Shown here: piece after piece, positions 42,092-52,917 of the stretch
How the letters are laid out: each line of letters begins with the position of its first letter
How positions within the stretch are numbered: position 1 is the first letter of the stretch
NCBI GenBank assembly: GCA_963822945.1
Contig: CAWGJO010000004.1
Span: 96,001-160,000, forward strand
Length of the DNA stretch: 64,000 nucleotides
Direction: 5' to 3'
Source of the DNA: an uncultured Gemmatimonadaceae bacterium
GTDB lineage: Bacteria > Gemmatimonadota > Gemmatimonadetes > Gemmatimonadales > Gemmatimonadaceae
Notes under the pieces: generated by a model
Told to the model about the DNA's origin: nothing
The model's input: only the letters and a program-made list of their open reading frames with translations
Databases searched by the model: none
Translations under genes and position numbers: made by a program

Positions 42092-44176
42092 ATGACCCGC
42101 ACCCCCACGAACTTCCGGCGCTTCGCGCCCGTTGCCCTTCTCGCCGTCCTCGGTACCGCCTGCAAGATCGCCGAACTGCCGCCGGCCGCCGACACCACCG
42201 CGCTCAAGCCGCTCAAGGTGGTGGACGTCGCCTACATGGACACCACGGTCAAGGCGTGCAACGACTTCTTCGAGTTCGCCGACGGCACGTGGCTCAGGAC
42301 CGACACGATTCCGGCGGCGTATTCCTCGTCGGGCGTGTTCAAGGACATGGCCGACCGCAACGAGTTGGTGGTGAAGTCGGTGCTCGAGGACGCGATGGCC
42401 AAGGCGCCCTCACTTCCCGACACCAGCACCGAGCACAAGCTCGGCACGTTCTACGCCAGCTGCATGGATTCGACGGCCATCGAGTCCGCCGGGCTCACAC
42501 CGCTGAAGCCGACGCTGGCGGCCATCGACTCGGTGACGCAGCGCTCGGCGCTCATCCCCGCGGTGGCGCGGCTGCAGGTGAGCGGCGCCAACGTGCTGTT
42601 CCGGTACTATCCCAGCGTGGATGCGCACGACGCGGCGCACTACGTCGCCGACCTCGACCGGGGCGGGTTGGGGCTCCCCGACCGCGACTACTATCTGGAC
42701 AAGACGCCGTCGGCCGATTCCACGCGGCGCGCGTACGTGGCCCACGTCGCGCGGATGCTGCAACTGGCCGGTCAGGACAGCGTGAGCGCCGGTCGGGACG
42801 CCGCGCGCGTGTTGTCGCTGGAGACCGAACTCGCCAGGGCGCAGCTCACGCGCGTGGCGCGGCGCGATCCCAAGGCGAGTGACCACCAGATGCCGGTGGC
42901 CGGGTTGCAGCGCATCGCGCCCAACGTGCAGTGGGCGTCGTACTTTCACGATATCGGCATCAGCAGCCCGCTCGCCAAGGTGAACGTGGACGAGCCGGCG
43001 TACATGCGCACGGTGAGCGCGTTGGTGGCCAGCCGTCCGTTGGAGGACTGGCGGGCGTACCTGCGCTACCACACGCTTTCGAATGCCGCGCCCTGGCTCG
43101 ACTCCGCGTTCGTGCAGGAGGACTTCGCGTTCAATCAGCGATTCTCCGGGGCCAAGCAGCTGCTCCCGCGCTGGAAGCGGTGTCTTCGGGCCACCGACGG
43201 CGAGATCGGCGAGGCGCTGGGGCAGGCCTACGTGGCCCGCACCTTCCCGCCCGAGGCCAAGGCGCGGGCGAAGCGGGTGATCGACGACGTACGGGCGGCG
43301 TTCAAACAGCGGTTGCTCAAGCTCACCTGGATGTCCGAAGCCACGCGCGCGCACGCGCTCGACAAGCTGGCGCGCATGGGCGAGAAGGTCGGCTATCCCG
43401 ATCACTGGCGCGACTATTCCAACTTGCGGGTGACCCCCGGGCCCTTCGTGCTCAACGTGGCCGCCGCCGACCGCTTCGAGTGGAACCGCACGGTCAACCG
43501 GCCCGGGCAGGCGGTGGACCGGAGCGAGTGGGACATGACCGTGCCCACCGTCAACGCGTACTACGATCCGAGCAAGAACGAGATGGTGTTCCCCGCGGGG
43601 GCGCTGGTGCCGCAGACCTTCGATCCGCATGCCGACGACGGGGCCAACTACGGCTCCCTCGGGGCGAGCTGGGCGGGGCACGAACTCACACACGGGTTCG
43701 ATGACGAGGGCCGACACTACGACGCCCAGGGGAACCTGACCGATTGGTGGACCGCGGCCGATTCCAAGGCGTTCAATGCTCAGGCCGAACTCGATGCCAA
43801 GCAGTACGACGGCTATATCGCAGTGGACACCTTCCACGTGAACGGGCACCTCACACTCGGGGAGAACATCGCCGACTATGGCGGCGCGCTCACCGGCTAC
43901 GACGCGCTCGAGGCGGCGCTGAAGCGCGACGGCCGGCCCGGGCTGATCGACGGGTACACGCCGGAGCAACGCTTCTTCATCTCGTGGGCGCAGAGCTTCC
44001 GCGCGCATTCGCGTCCCGAACGCGAGCGGCTCATGGTGAAGGTCGACCCGCATTCGCCGGACCGGTGGCGGGTGAACGGGCCGCTGTCCGACATGGAAGC
44101 CTTCGCCAAGGCGTTCGGGTGCAAGCCCGGCGATCCGATGGTGCGGCCACGGGCGCTCGTGCCCAAGATCTGGTAG
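42092..44176 (+). CDS. M13-family metallopeptidase lipoprotein
   Basis: Lipobox GTAC, CNDFFEFA, VNAYY, HELTHGFD, GENIAD, DPHSP. Confidence 0.95.
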   Translation: MTRTPTNFRRFAPVALLAVLGTACKIAELPPAADTTALKPLKVVDVAYMDTTVKACNDFFEFADGTWLRTDTIPAAYSSSGVFKDMADRNELVVKSVLEDAMAKAPSLPDTSTEHKLGTFYASCMDSTAIESAGLTPLKPTLAAIDSVTQRSALIPAVARLQVSGANVLFRYYPSVDAHDAAHYVADLDRGGLGLPDRDYYLDKTPSADSTRRAYVAHVARMLQLAGQDSVSAGRDAARVLSLETELARAQLTRVARRDPKASDHQMPVAGLQRIAPNVQWASYFHDIGISSPLAKVNVDEPAYMRTVSALVASRPLEDWRAYLRYHTLSNAAPWLDSAFVQEDFAFNQRFSGAKQLLPRWKRCLRATDGEIGEALGQAYVARTFPPEAKARAKRVIDDVRAAFKQRLLKLTWMSEATRAHALDKLARMGEKVGYPDHWRDYSNLRVTPGPFVLNVAAADRFEWNRTVNRPGQAVDRSEWDMTVPTVNAYYDPSKNEMVFPAGALVPQTFDPHADDGANYGSLGASWAGHELTHGFDDEGRHYDAQGNLTDWWTAADSKAFNAQAELDAKQYDGYIAVDTFHVNGHLTLGENIADYGGALTGYDALEAALKRDGRPGLIDGYTPEQRFFISWAQSFRAHSRPERERLMVKVDPHSPDRWRVNGPLSDMEAFAKAFGCKPGDPMVRPRALVPKIW

Positions 44177-44182
44177 CGCCGG

Positions 44183-44216
44183 CGCGCCGCGCCGGGACGC
44201 TGTCCGGCGCGGCGCG
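44183..44216 (+). terminator. Hairpin, probable terminator
   Basis: 13-bp stem CGCGCCGCGCCGG/CCGGCGCGGCGCG just after the stop. Confidence 0.5.
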
Positions 44217-44316
44217 TTAGCGGAATCTGCATTGCCGGGCACTTGCGATCCGGCCGGGCGTTTGCTCTACTCCGAGCATCCCCCGGCCGGATTCCATTTC
44301 TTCCAGGTTCGTTGCC

Positions 44317-46783
44317 ATGCGTCTGACGCTTCCCGTGCTCGGCTTGTGCCTCGTCGCCACGACCGCTGCCGCCCAGTCCAACGCCGTGCGGGTGGTGAAC
44401 GGCGAGTACACGCGCTCGCACGACTACGATCTGATCCACCAGCGCATCGCGCTCTCCGACTTCAACTGGGATTCGACGTCGTTCCGGGGCGTCGTGACGA
44501 CCACCGTGGTCTCGCGACGCGCGGGGCTCGATTCGCTGGTGCTCGACGAGGGCGCCCTGCTGCACAACACCAAGGTGACCGGGCCCCATGGTCGACTGAT
44601 GCGCACGGCGCGGCACGGCGACACCCTGGTGGTGTTCCCGGCGGCGCCGGTCGCGTTCGGGGACACGCTGCGGTTCACGGTGGCGTACGACGGCCGGGTG
44701 GCCAACGGTCGAGGGCTCACCTTCATCAGCCCCGACGGGCTGTCCCACCGCCCGCGCCAGCTCTGGAGCCAGGGCGAGGCCATGAACAACCACCTCTGGT
44801 TCCCCACGTACGACTTTCCCAATGACAAGGAGTCGTGGGAACTGAGCGCCACGGTGGACCGGGGGGACGTGGTGGTGTCCAACGGCCGGTTGGTGTCCGA
44901 CGTGCGGCACGGCGACCGGCATACCGTGACCTGGCGCGAGGATCGTCCGTCGGCCACCTACCTCGTGTCGATGGTGATCGGTCCGTTCGCCAGGATCCAC
45001 GACTCGTGGAAGGGCGTCCCGGTGGACTATTACGTGTACCATGCCGACAGCGCCAACGCCTGGCGGTTGTTCCACCATACGCCCGACATGATCGACACGT
45101 ACTCCCGGCTCACCGGCGTGAAGTATCCGTGGGCCAAGTACGCCCAGACCACGGTGGCCGACTTCTTCGGCGGCATGGAGAACGTGAGCGCCACCACGCT
45201 GGTAGACTGGCTGCCGGGCCCGCACGACTACCAGGACCGGCCGTGGTACCTGGAGTTGCTCATTCCGCACGAGCTCGCCCATCAGTGGTTCGGGGACTAC
45301 GTCACCACCGAGGACTGGGCCAATCTCTGGCTCAATGAGGGGTTCGCCGAGTTCATGCCGGGCCAGTACTGGCTGCACGCACGCGGCGAACATGCGGCCG
45401 AAGACTACTACAACGACGAGTACCACCAGTACGTCGCCATCGACGCGCGTCGTCCGATGGCGCTGGCGTCCGAGGGATCCAACAACATCTATCCCAAGGG
45501 CGCGCTCGTGCTCCGGATGCTCGAGGACTATCTGGGCCCCACGCGCTTCTGGGCATCGCTGCACACCTACCTCACCCGCCATGCGTTCGGCAACGCCACG
45601 TCGCGACGACCTGCGCCAGGCGGTGCTGCAGGCGACCGGCGAGAACCTCGACTGGTTCTGGAGCGAGTGGGTGTACTCGGCCGGCTACCCGAAATTGGAC
45701 GTCAGCGCCACCTACGACACCACGGCGCACGCCCTGCACCTCGACGTCCGGCAGACGCAGTTGGACACGCTGCACGCCGGGTCCGACGGCGTGAAGTTCG
45801 ACGTTCCGGAGGTGTTCCACATGCCGTTCACCATCCGGGTGGGCACGGCGAACGGCGACGTCGTCTCCCACGCGACGCTCGACGCCCGCCACCAGACGAT
45901 CACGGTACCCGGCGTCCGGAGCGCGCCGACCATGGTCATCTTCGACGACGGCAACCACGTGCTCAAGCAGCTGACCTTTCACGAGCCCACGGCGTGGCTG
46001 GCCACCCAACTCACGCGCGATGCGAACCTCTGGAACCGCGAATGGGTGATCGGCCAGCTCGCGCAACGCGCGACGGATACGGTTGCCATCGCCGCGCTGG
46101 CGAACGCGGCGGCGCACGCCGACTACTATCTCACGCGCCAACAGGCCGTGGATGCCCTGGGCAACCTGACCGCCCCGGCGGCCCTCGATGCCGTGCTGGC
46201 GGCGTCGCACGATACCTCGGCCGCCGTGCGCACCGCGGCCGTCACGTCACTGGGTTCGCAGGGCGGCGCGCGGGCCGTGGCGCGTATCCGTGACGCGTTC
46301 GCGCACGACTCCAGCGCTCACGTGCGGGCGGCGGCGGTGGCGGCGATGGCGGATGCCGATTCGGCGCACGCGGACGCCATTTTCGGCGAGGCGCTGCGGC
46401 TGCCGTCCTATCGCGAAGTGATCCGGCATGCGGCGCTCCAGGCCATCGCGCAGCAGAACGACACGGCCCGCGTGCCGGATGTCGGGCGGATCCTGGCCCT
46501 CGACGGGTTGCCGGCCCAGGTGCTGGGCGTCTTCGCGGCGCGGGGCGACACGAACGCGCTCGAGGCCCTGCTGCAGCACGTGAACGACGAGCGGGCCGGC
46601 GTCCGCCGGTTCGTGGTGCAGGGGTTGGGGATCGCCGTATCGCGTCCGGACCACTCGGTGGAGCTGACGCGGATCGAACGCGCCGAGTCCACGATCGTCC
46701 ACGCCGACACCAAACGCGCGGTGCAGGCGCTGATCGCGCGGGCCAAGCACGCCTCGGGCGGCACGGCGCCGCCCGAGGAGTGA
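44317..46783 (+). CDS. M1 aminopeptidase with C-terminal HEAT repeats; frameshift at about 45603
   Basis: GGMEN, HELAHQWFG, WLNEGFA, YPKG; HEAT-like repeats (DTSAAVRTAAVTSLG, DSSAHVRAAAV) in the next frame. Confidence 0.9.
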
Positions 46784-46791
46784 CGGCGGGA

Positions 46792-48621
46792 CTACTGTCC
46801 GGCGGGCAGCCGGAAGATGGCGAGCTGCGGTTGCAGCGCCGTGGCCAGTGCGTGCGCCCCCGGCGCCGAGAACTGGATGGTGACGGTCGCGGCGCCCTGC
46901 GGCGTGTCCAGCCGATAGAACGCCGTCGTCCCCGGTGACATGATCGAGCTGGCGGTGTCGGTCGTGATCGGGAAGAGTTGCAGGGGGCGGGCGTACGGGA
47001 TATCGCTGGCCGGACCCGCCGTGGCGAACAGCCGTGCCCAGAGCTGGGACACATTACGGGTCGCGAACCGATCGGCGGCCGGCGCCGTGTTGCGCGGGAG
47101 CCCGGGCAGACTGTCGGTGTAGAGGGCCAGCCCGAAGTCGGCGAACAGCGTGGGGAACGGCTGCCCCATGGCGTTCTCGATGTTGGGGACGCCCGTCGCG
47201 TACGTGTCCTCGAGCTTGCGGTACACGGCGTTGTTGGTCTGATCGCCCAGCCAACGCAGGAGCAACCAGTCGCCGCCCCGCCACGAGAACCCGTTGTCGG
47301 AGTCCGAGTGCAGCGTGACGCTCGACGTGTCCGGCAGCAGCGCGTACTGGTATGAATCGTACAGGAAGCCCTGCACGAAGCTCTCCGCGGAGTCGGGGAA
47401 GAGCTGCGACGGGTCGGTGCGACCCGAGGGCGGCGGGTACAGTTGCTCGTAGTGCACCGCCCCCTCCTCCTCGGCCACCAGGCTCAAGCCTTCGTCCAGC
47501 CACCCCTGTTCCGGCGATCCGCCGTGCACCACGACGTGCTGCGAGAAGTTCACCAGGTGCTGCAACTCATGCAGGAAGGTGGCCGGGATGTCGAACTCCA
47601 CCTGGCTCACCGTGTGGGTGCAACTGGCCACCCCGCTGGGATCGGGGACGATGGAGTAGAAGATCTCGCCCTGGTTGGAGTTGGGATCGGTGGATCCGGC
47701 GAAGTCCTCGGAGTTGAAGAACCCGGCGATGTAGCCCTGCGTCTGGCACTGCGCACTCGGGCTCAGCCCGTTCACCACCGGCGACATGAGCATGATCACA
47801 TGCCCGTTGCCGTCGATGTCCGACGGCGGGCCGAAATTCGCCGTGTCGATGGGGTACAGCGTCTGGTCGAAGTACTGCCCGAACTGCTGCAACTGCGTGT
47901 TGGTGAATCCTCCGGCCGGCGCCAGCGTGTCGACGTACAGCAGGATGTCGTTTCCGGCGTACGCCAGTTTGGCGTCGACCGACTTCCACTGGTAGTTGTT
48001 GTTCTGGAAGCTCGACAGCACGTGGAAGCTGCGCACGCTGCCGACGGCCGGCACGGTCGCCGCGGCGATCGAGAACGACGCGCGCGCCTGCATGCTGGTC
48101 TTCCGGAAGGTGCCGGCGGCGGCCATCCGGGCGGCGCGCGCACGCAGCGTGGCGTCGAACGCCATCTGCCGACGGTTGGGGTGCGGCATCGGAACGGTGC
48201 CGCCGGTCGCGCCGCCGGTGGGCGGCACGAGCGAGGCCGCCGGCACCAGCGACGGCGTCGCGGCGTCACCGGCGGCCAGGCTGTACGTGACCGGCGAGTT
48301 CACCGCCTGATCCGTCGCAAACTCCGGCACAACCAGGTAGCTGGCGCCGTTGCCGGCCACGGTGACCGTCGTGCCACCGTTGCTGCAGTCCACGCGCGCG
48401 GCCTGGGCCACGGCCAACTGCAGGGTGCCGCTGACCGAGCACGGATTGACCTTGAACGACGTCGATGGAAGCGTGGGACCGGCCGGGGTGGAACCGCCGC
48501 ATGCCACGGCGAACACCGCCGCCAGGCCGGCCAGGAGTTGGACGACCACCGAGCGAGCACCGGGACCGTGGGGCAGAACAGAGACGCGAGGCGTGGACGA
48601 CGTCGGCATGGCGGGACTCAT
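46792..48621 (-). CDS. Secreted gluzincin metalloprotease-like lipoprotein (M30/hyicolysin-like)
   Basis: Lipobox AVAC; FGPPSDIDGNGHV, GYIAGFF, HELQHLVNF...WLDEGLS; start uncertain. Confidence 0.8.
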   Translation of the reverse strand: MSPAMPTSSTPRVSVLPHGPGARSVVVQLLAGLAAVFAVACGGSTPAGPTLPSTSFKVNPCSVSGTLQLAVAQAARVDCSNGGTTVTVAGNGASYLVVPEFATDQAVNSPVTYSLAAGDAATPSLVPAASLVPPTGGATGGTVPMPHPNRRQMAFDATLRARAARMAAAGTFRKTSMQARASFSIAAATVPAVGSVRSFHVLSSFQNNNYQWKSVDAKLAYAGNDILLYVDTLAPAGGFTNTQLQQFGQYFDQTLYPIDTANFGPPSDIDGNGHVIMLMSPVVNGLSPSAQCQTQGYIAGFFNSEDFAGSTDPNSNQGEIFYSIVPDPSGVASCTHTVSQVEFDIPATFLHELQHLVNFSQHVVVHGGSPEQGWLDEGLSLVAEEEGAVHYEQLYPPPSGRTDPSQLFPDSAESFVQGFLYDSYQYALLPDTSSVTLHSDSDNGFSWRGGDWLLLRWLGDQTNNAVYRKLEDTYATGVPNIENAMGQPFPTLFADFGLALYTDSLPGLPRNTAPAADRFATRNVSQLWARLFATAGPASDIPYARPLQLFPITTDTASSIMSPGTTAFYRLDTPQGAATVTIQFSAPGAHALATALQPQLAIFRLPAGQ

Positions 48622-48877
48622 GGGAGGTGGTGCGTGGGAGCACGCGTGGTGACGGCACGGAGCCGGATGCAGTGTGATAGCGCTCCGGCCCCGATAAAGT
48701 TCCGGGCCGCGCACGGGCGGGCCCCTGCTAATGGGACGCACCGATATGCGCGGGCGTCGCGCATGCAAAGAAATCCTAATGAGACGAAAACTTCTGTGGT
48801 ATCCACCCTTGCGTGAACCGGATCCTCGCACAATGGTACGGGCCTAATTGACCTGCTAACTCCTGGACGAGGAGCGG

Positions 48878-51210
48878 ATGGCGTCCTCCGGACCGTTGCG
48901 TCGCCGGAAAATCGAACGTGGGGGGATCGCGGGACTGCGGCGCTACAGCGTCGTCTTCGCGCTCGCCCTGGTCGCACTGGGGATCGCCGAGGCGGCGCTG
49001 TTCGTCGGCCAGCGCATGGTGCAGGGCTGGCAGGATCACAGCCGCCACGTGGGGAAGCTGGCGCGGGACGCATTCGCCGTCGCGCTCGACGCCAATGCGG
49101 CCGCCTACGAGTACGTCGTCACCGGCGCCAGGCAGGAACCGACGGCCGCGCGGTCCGACAGCGCGCGGCTGGATTCGTCCCTCGACGCGTTGGCGGCACT
49201 CACCGCCGACAATGCCAGTCAGCACGATCGGGTGGCAGCGATCGCCGGCGCGGTGCACGCCTGGAACGTGGCGTTCGTCGCTCCGGTGTTGGCCGGCTCG
49301 CTCTCCGTGCGCAATGCGCCACACACCTCGGCCGATGCGTTCGGTCCGGTGCGAACGGCCTTCGCGCAGTTCCTCACCGCCGAGGACGTCCTGTACGAGA
49401 ATCGTCGCACGTACAACCTCGCGCTCGGCCTGGCGGCGCTGGCTGCCATGCTGGTGCCCGGCGCGGCGCTGGCCTGGCTCGTGCTGGCGTCGGGACGGCG
49501 CTTCGCGGGGCAGGGCGAACAGTTGCAGGAGCAGCAGGACCAATTGGAGGAACAGGCCGTCGAACTGGAGCAGCAGGTCCAGGAACTCGAGACGGCCAAT
49601 GCGGAGTTGGCGGCATCCGCGGCGGCCGAGCGGGCGGCGCGCGACCGGGCGGAGCACGAGATGCGCGAACGCCGCCGGAGTGCGGCCCTGCTCGACGCGG
49701 CAATGACAAGCTCTCCGATCGGGCTGTCGTTGCTCGACCGTGAGCTGCGCTACGTCCGGGTCAACGACGCCATCGCGGGCATCACAGGCCTCGCCCCCGC
49801 CGACCACCTGGGTCGCACGTTGCGCGAGGTGAATCCGCAGCTGGACCCGGACGTCGAAGCGGCACTGCGCCGCGTGTTGGAAACCGACCAGCCGCTCCGA
49901 AATCTGGAGATGGCGCGCACCACCGACGCGCCCGGCGGCCCGCGGCATCTGCTGCTGAACGTGTACCCCGTGAAGACGCCTGACGGCGAACTGCTGGGGC
50001 TCGGCGTCGCCGCGGTCGACACCACCGACCAGCGCACGCTCCTCGCCCAGTTCCACCACGCGCAGAAGCTCGAAGCGGTGGGCCGGCTGGCGGCCGGCGT
50101 GGCGCACGACTTCAACAACCTGCTCACCGTCATTCGTAGCTACTGCGACCTGGCTTGCTCGAGATGGCGGACGGCGAGCCCGGGCGCGAGGAGATCGGCG
50201 AGATCCGGTCGGCGGGGGAGCGCGCCGCGGCGCTGGCACGCCAGATGCTTGCGCTCAGCCGCAAGCAGGTGGTCCTGCCTCGCGCGCTGGACGTCGGCGA
50301 AGCCGTGGGCGAGATGGAGTCGATGCTCCGGCGCGTCACGGGTGAGACGGTCGGGCTCGAGTTCCGGCTGGACGATCCGCTGGGGATCGTCCAGCTCGAT
50401 CCGATGCACCTCGAGCAGATCCTGATGAACCTGGTCATCAACGCCGTCGATGCCACCCCGGCGGGGGGCGGGATCGTGATCGAGGCGTCCAATGCCACGG
50501 TGAGCGAACAAGAGGCGGCCCGTCACGTCGGCCTCCGGGCCGGTGACTACGTGGTGATGGCCATACGCGACAACGGCACGGGAATCGACGAGGAGACGCT
50601 CCAGCGCATCTTCGATCCGTTCTTCACCACCAAGCCGCAGGGCCAGGGCACCGGACTCGGGTTGTCGACGGTCTACGGAATCGTCCGGGATGCCGGAGGC
50701 TACGTGCGGGTGGAGAGCCTGCTGGGCCAGGGCACCACGTTCCACGTGTATCTCCCGGCGGAACTCCCGCGGGGGCGGCCGCAGCTCCGACACGCGGCGC
50801 AGCCGGCGGAGGCGCCGGCGGTGGCGCGGGATGGCGAGACGGTATTGGTGGTGGAGGACGAGGACGCGCTGCGCGGCACCCTGACGCGGATCCTGCACCG
50901 GCGCGGATACCGCGTGCTGGACGCGGCGCATGGGGGCGAAGCGCTGCGTGTGGCGCAGAGCTTCGATGGCACCATCGATCTCGTCCTCAGCGACATCCAC
51001 ATGCCGGGCATGCACGGCCGGGAGTTGATCGACCGTCTGCGCGCGGACCGGCCGGAACTGAAGGTGTTGTTCACGAGCGGTTCTTCGGCGGGGGACGGTG
51101 CGGAGGCAAGCACGGTGACGGCGCCCTACGCCTTCATCGCCAAGCCGTTCTCCATCGACGAACTGGCACTGGCCGTGCGCCGCGCGCTGGACGCGCCGAA
51201 CCCGGCCTAG
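48878..51210 (+). CDS. Hybrid sensor histidine kinase/response regulator (CHASE3-like, PAS, HisKA, HATPase, REC); frameshift at about 50158
   Basis: QKLEAVGRLAAGVAHDFNNLL, NLVINA, DNGTG, FDPFFTTK, GTGLGL, VLVVEDE, LSDIHMPG, FIAKPF. Confidence 0.9.
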
Positions 51211-51410
51211 ACCCGCCACGACGCCTGGAAGCAATCCCTGGGCGGTCTCGCGGTGTCCGATCCTGGGACGGCCAGTCCCACATCCGACCACCTGCGCCGC
51301 CGCCGCCGCCGCTCGTGCAACGGCAACATCATGCGCCGTGTGGAGTTGCGTGATGGCACCGGCGGCATGACGCTTGCACTACCGCCCTGATATCACCCCT
51401 GGAGGATTCC

Positions 51411-52730
51411 GTGCGCTCGTTCGCCACCCCGCTCGCGCTCATTGCCGCTCTGTCCATCGCGTTCTCTCCCGCCGCCGCGCAGGAGACGGCGGACGGTGGG
51501 CCCGTCCCCATCTCGCTCGATCAAGCCGTTCGCCAGGCGCAGGCGAATTCGCCGGAAACGGTGCAGGCGAAGGGGCTCTCGAGAGTAGCGAATGCCCAAT
51601 ACCGGGCGAGCCTGGCCAACTTCCTTCCGAGTATTGGCTTCCAGCAGTACGCCGCGCATCTGCAAGGCGTGAGCTATCAGGGCGGTGTGCTCCTCCAGTC
51701 GTCCGGGCTCTGGAGCTACAGCCAGGGATACGGTGCCAACCTCATGCTGTTCGACGGCGGGCAGAACATCCTCGATTTCCGCGCCGCCAAGGCCTCGCTC
51801 GATGCCGCCGACCAGAATCAGATCATCAAGCGGTTTGCCATCGCGCTGAACGTGAAGCAGCAGTACTTCGCCGTGCTCGCCGCCCGCGAGGCAGTCGCCG
51901 CCGCCCAGCAGCAGCTCAAGGAGGCGAACGAGCAGATGGCGGTCACCGAGGCCAAGATCGCGGGCGGCGCGTTGTCGCGGGCCGATTCGCTCTCCAGTGC
52001 GGTCAAGGTGGGCGAGGCCCGGGTGGCGCTCGTCACGGCGCAGGGCAATGTCGTGGCGGCGAACACCGCGCTCACGCGGCTCGTCGGCGGCACGCGCGAG
52101 GTGACGGCCATCGAGTCGGATACCACGCTGGTGCCCACGATCGGGCTCGACAGCGCCACGCTCGTCCGGCTCGCTCTGAACGGGCCCGCCGTTCAGCAGG
52201 CCGAGCATCAGGTGGCTGCCAACCACCTGAGCTGGTGGGCGTCGCTCTCGACCTACCTGCCCAGTCTGTCCGTGGGCTACACGAGCGGCAGCGGCTGGCA
52301 GACCCAGCACTTCATCCTGGGCGGCGGCACCAAGAACAGCAGCACGAGCCTTTCGTTCTACGTCAGCTACTCGCTCTTCAACGGTCTTCAGCGGGAAAGC
52401 CGCGTCGTCCAGGCGGACGTGAACAGCGACGACGCCCGGGCCCAACTCCGCGACGCCCGGCTCGCCGCCCGGGAGAACATCGCACAGTATCTGGCCCTGT
52501 TCGAGACCGCCACGACGAAGATCGCGCTGCAGCGTCTGCAGATCGAATCGGCGACCGAGAGCGTCGCGGCCAAGGACGCGCAGTTCCGGGCGGGGGCCGT
52601 GGGGCTGGTGGACGTGCTGACCGAGCAGACGGCGCTGGCGCAGGCGCGCCAGGCTCTCATTCAGGCGCGCCTCGACGCCCGCACCGCCAAGGCGCAGATC
52701 GAATCGATCATCGGCAAGGACATCGAGTAG
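51411..52730 (+). CDS. TolC-family outer-membrane protein (standalone)
   Basis: GGAGG RBS, signal peptide, ISLDQAVRQA, FLPSIG, LFDGG, YLPSLS, LFNG. Confidence 0.88.
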   Translation: MRSFATPLALIAALSIAFSPAAAQETADGGPVPISLDQAVRQAQANSPETVQAKGLSRVANAQYRASLANFLPSIGFQQYAAHLQGVSYQGGVLLQSSGLWSYSQGYGANLMLFDGGQNILDFRAAKASLDAADQNQIIKRFAIALNVKQQYFAVLAAREAVAAAQQQLKEANEQMAVTEAKIAGGALSRADSLSSAVKVGEARVALVTAQGNVVAANTALTRLVGGTREVTAIESDTTLVPTIGLDSATLVRLALNGPAVQQAEHQVAANHLSWWASLSTYLPSLSVGYTSGSGWQTQHFILGGGTKNSSTSLSFYVSYSLFNGLQRESRVVQADVNSDDARAQLRDARLAARENIAQYLALFETATTKIALQRLQIESATESVAAKDAQFRAGAVGLVDVLTEQTALAQARQALIQARLDARTAKAQIESIIGKDIE

Positions 52731-52917
52731 CGACGCCGGCCCGGCGCCGGGTCTCGAGCGCGCGGGTGCGGGAATCAGGGGGGCGTGCGGTCGCTTGACG
52801 CGTTCTGCGCCGCGGAGTAATTCACCTCCGTTGCGCGCGGTCTCCCCCGCCGTCGCCAGCTTCCGCGAACCTCGGTCTTTCTCGTGACGCGTGCCCGGCA
52901 CGCATCGGGAGTCCTCT

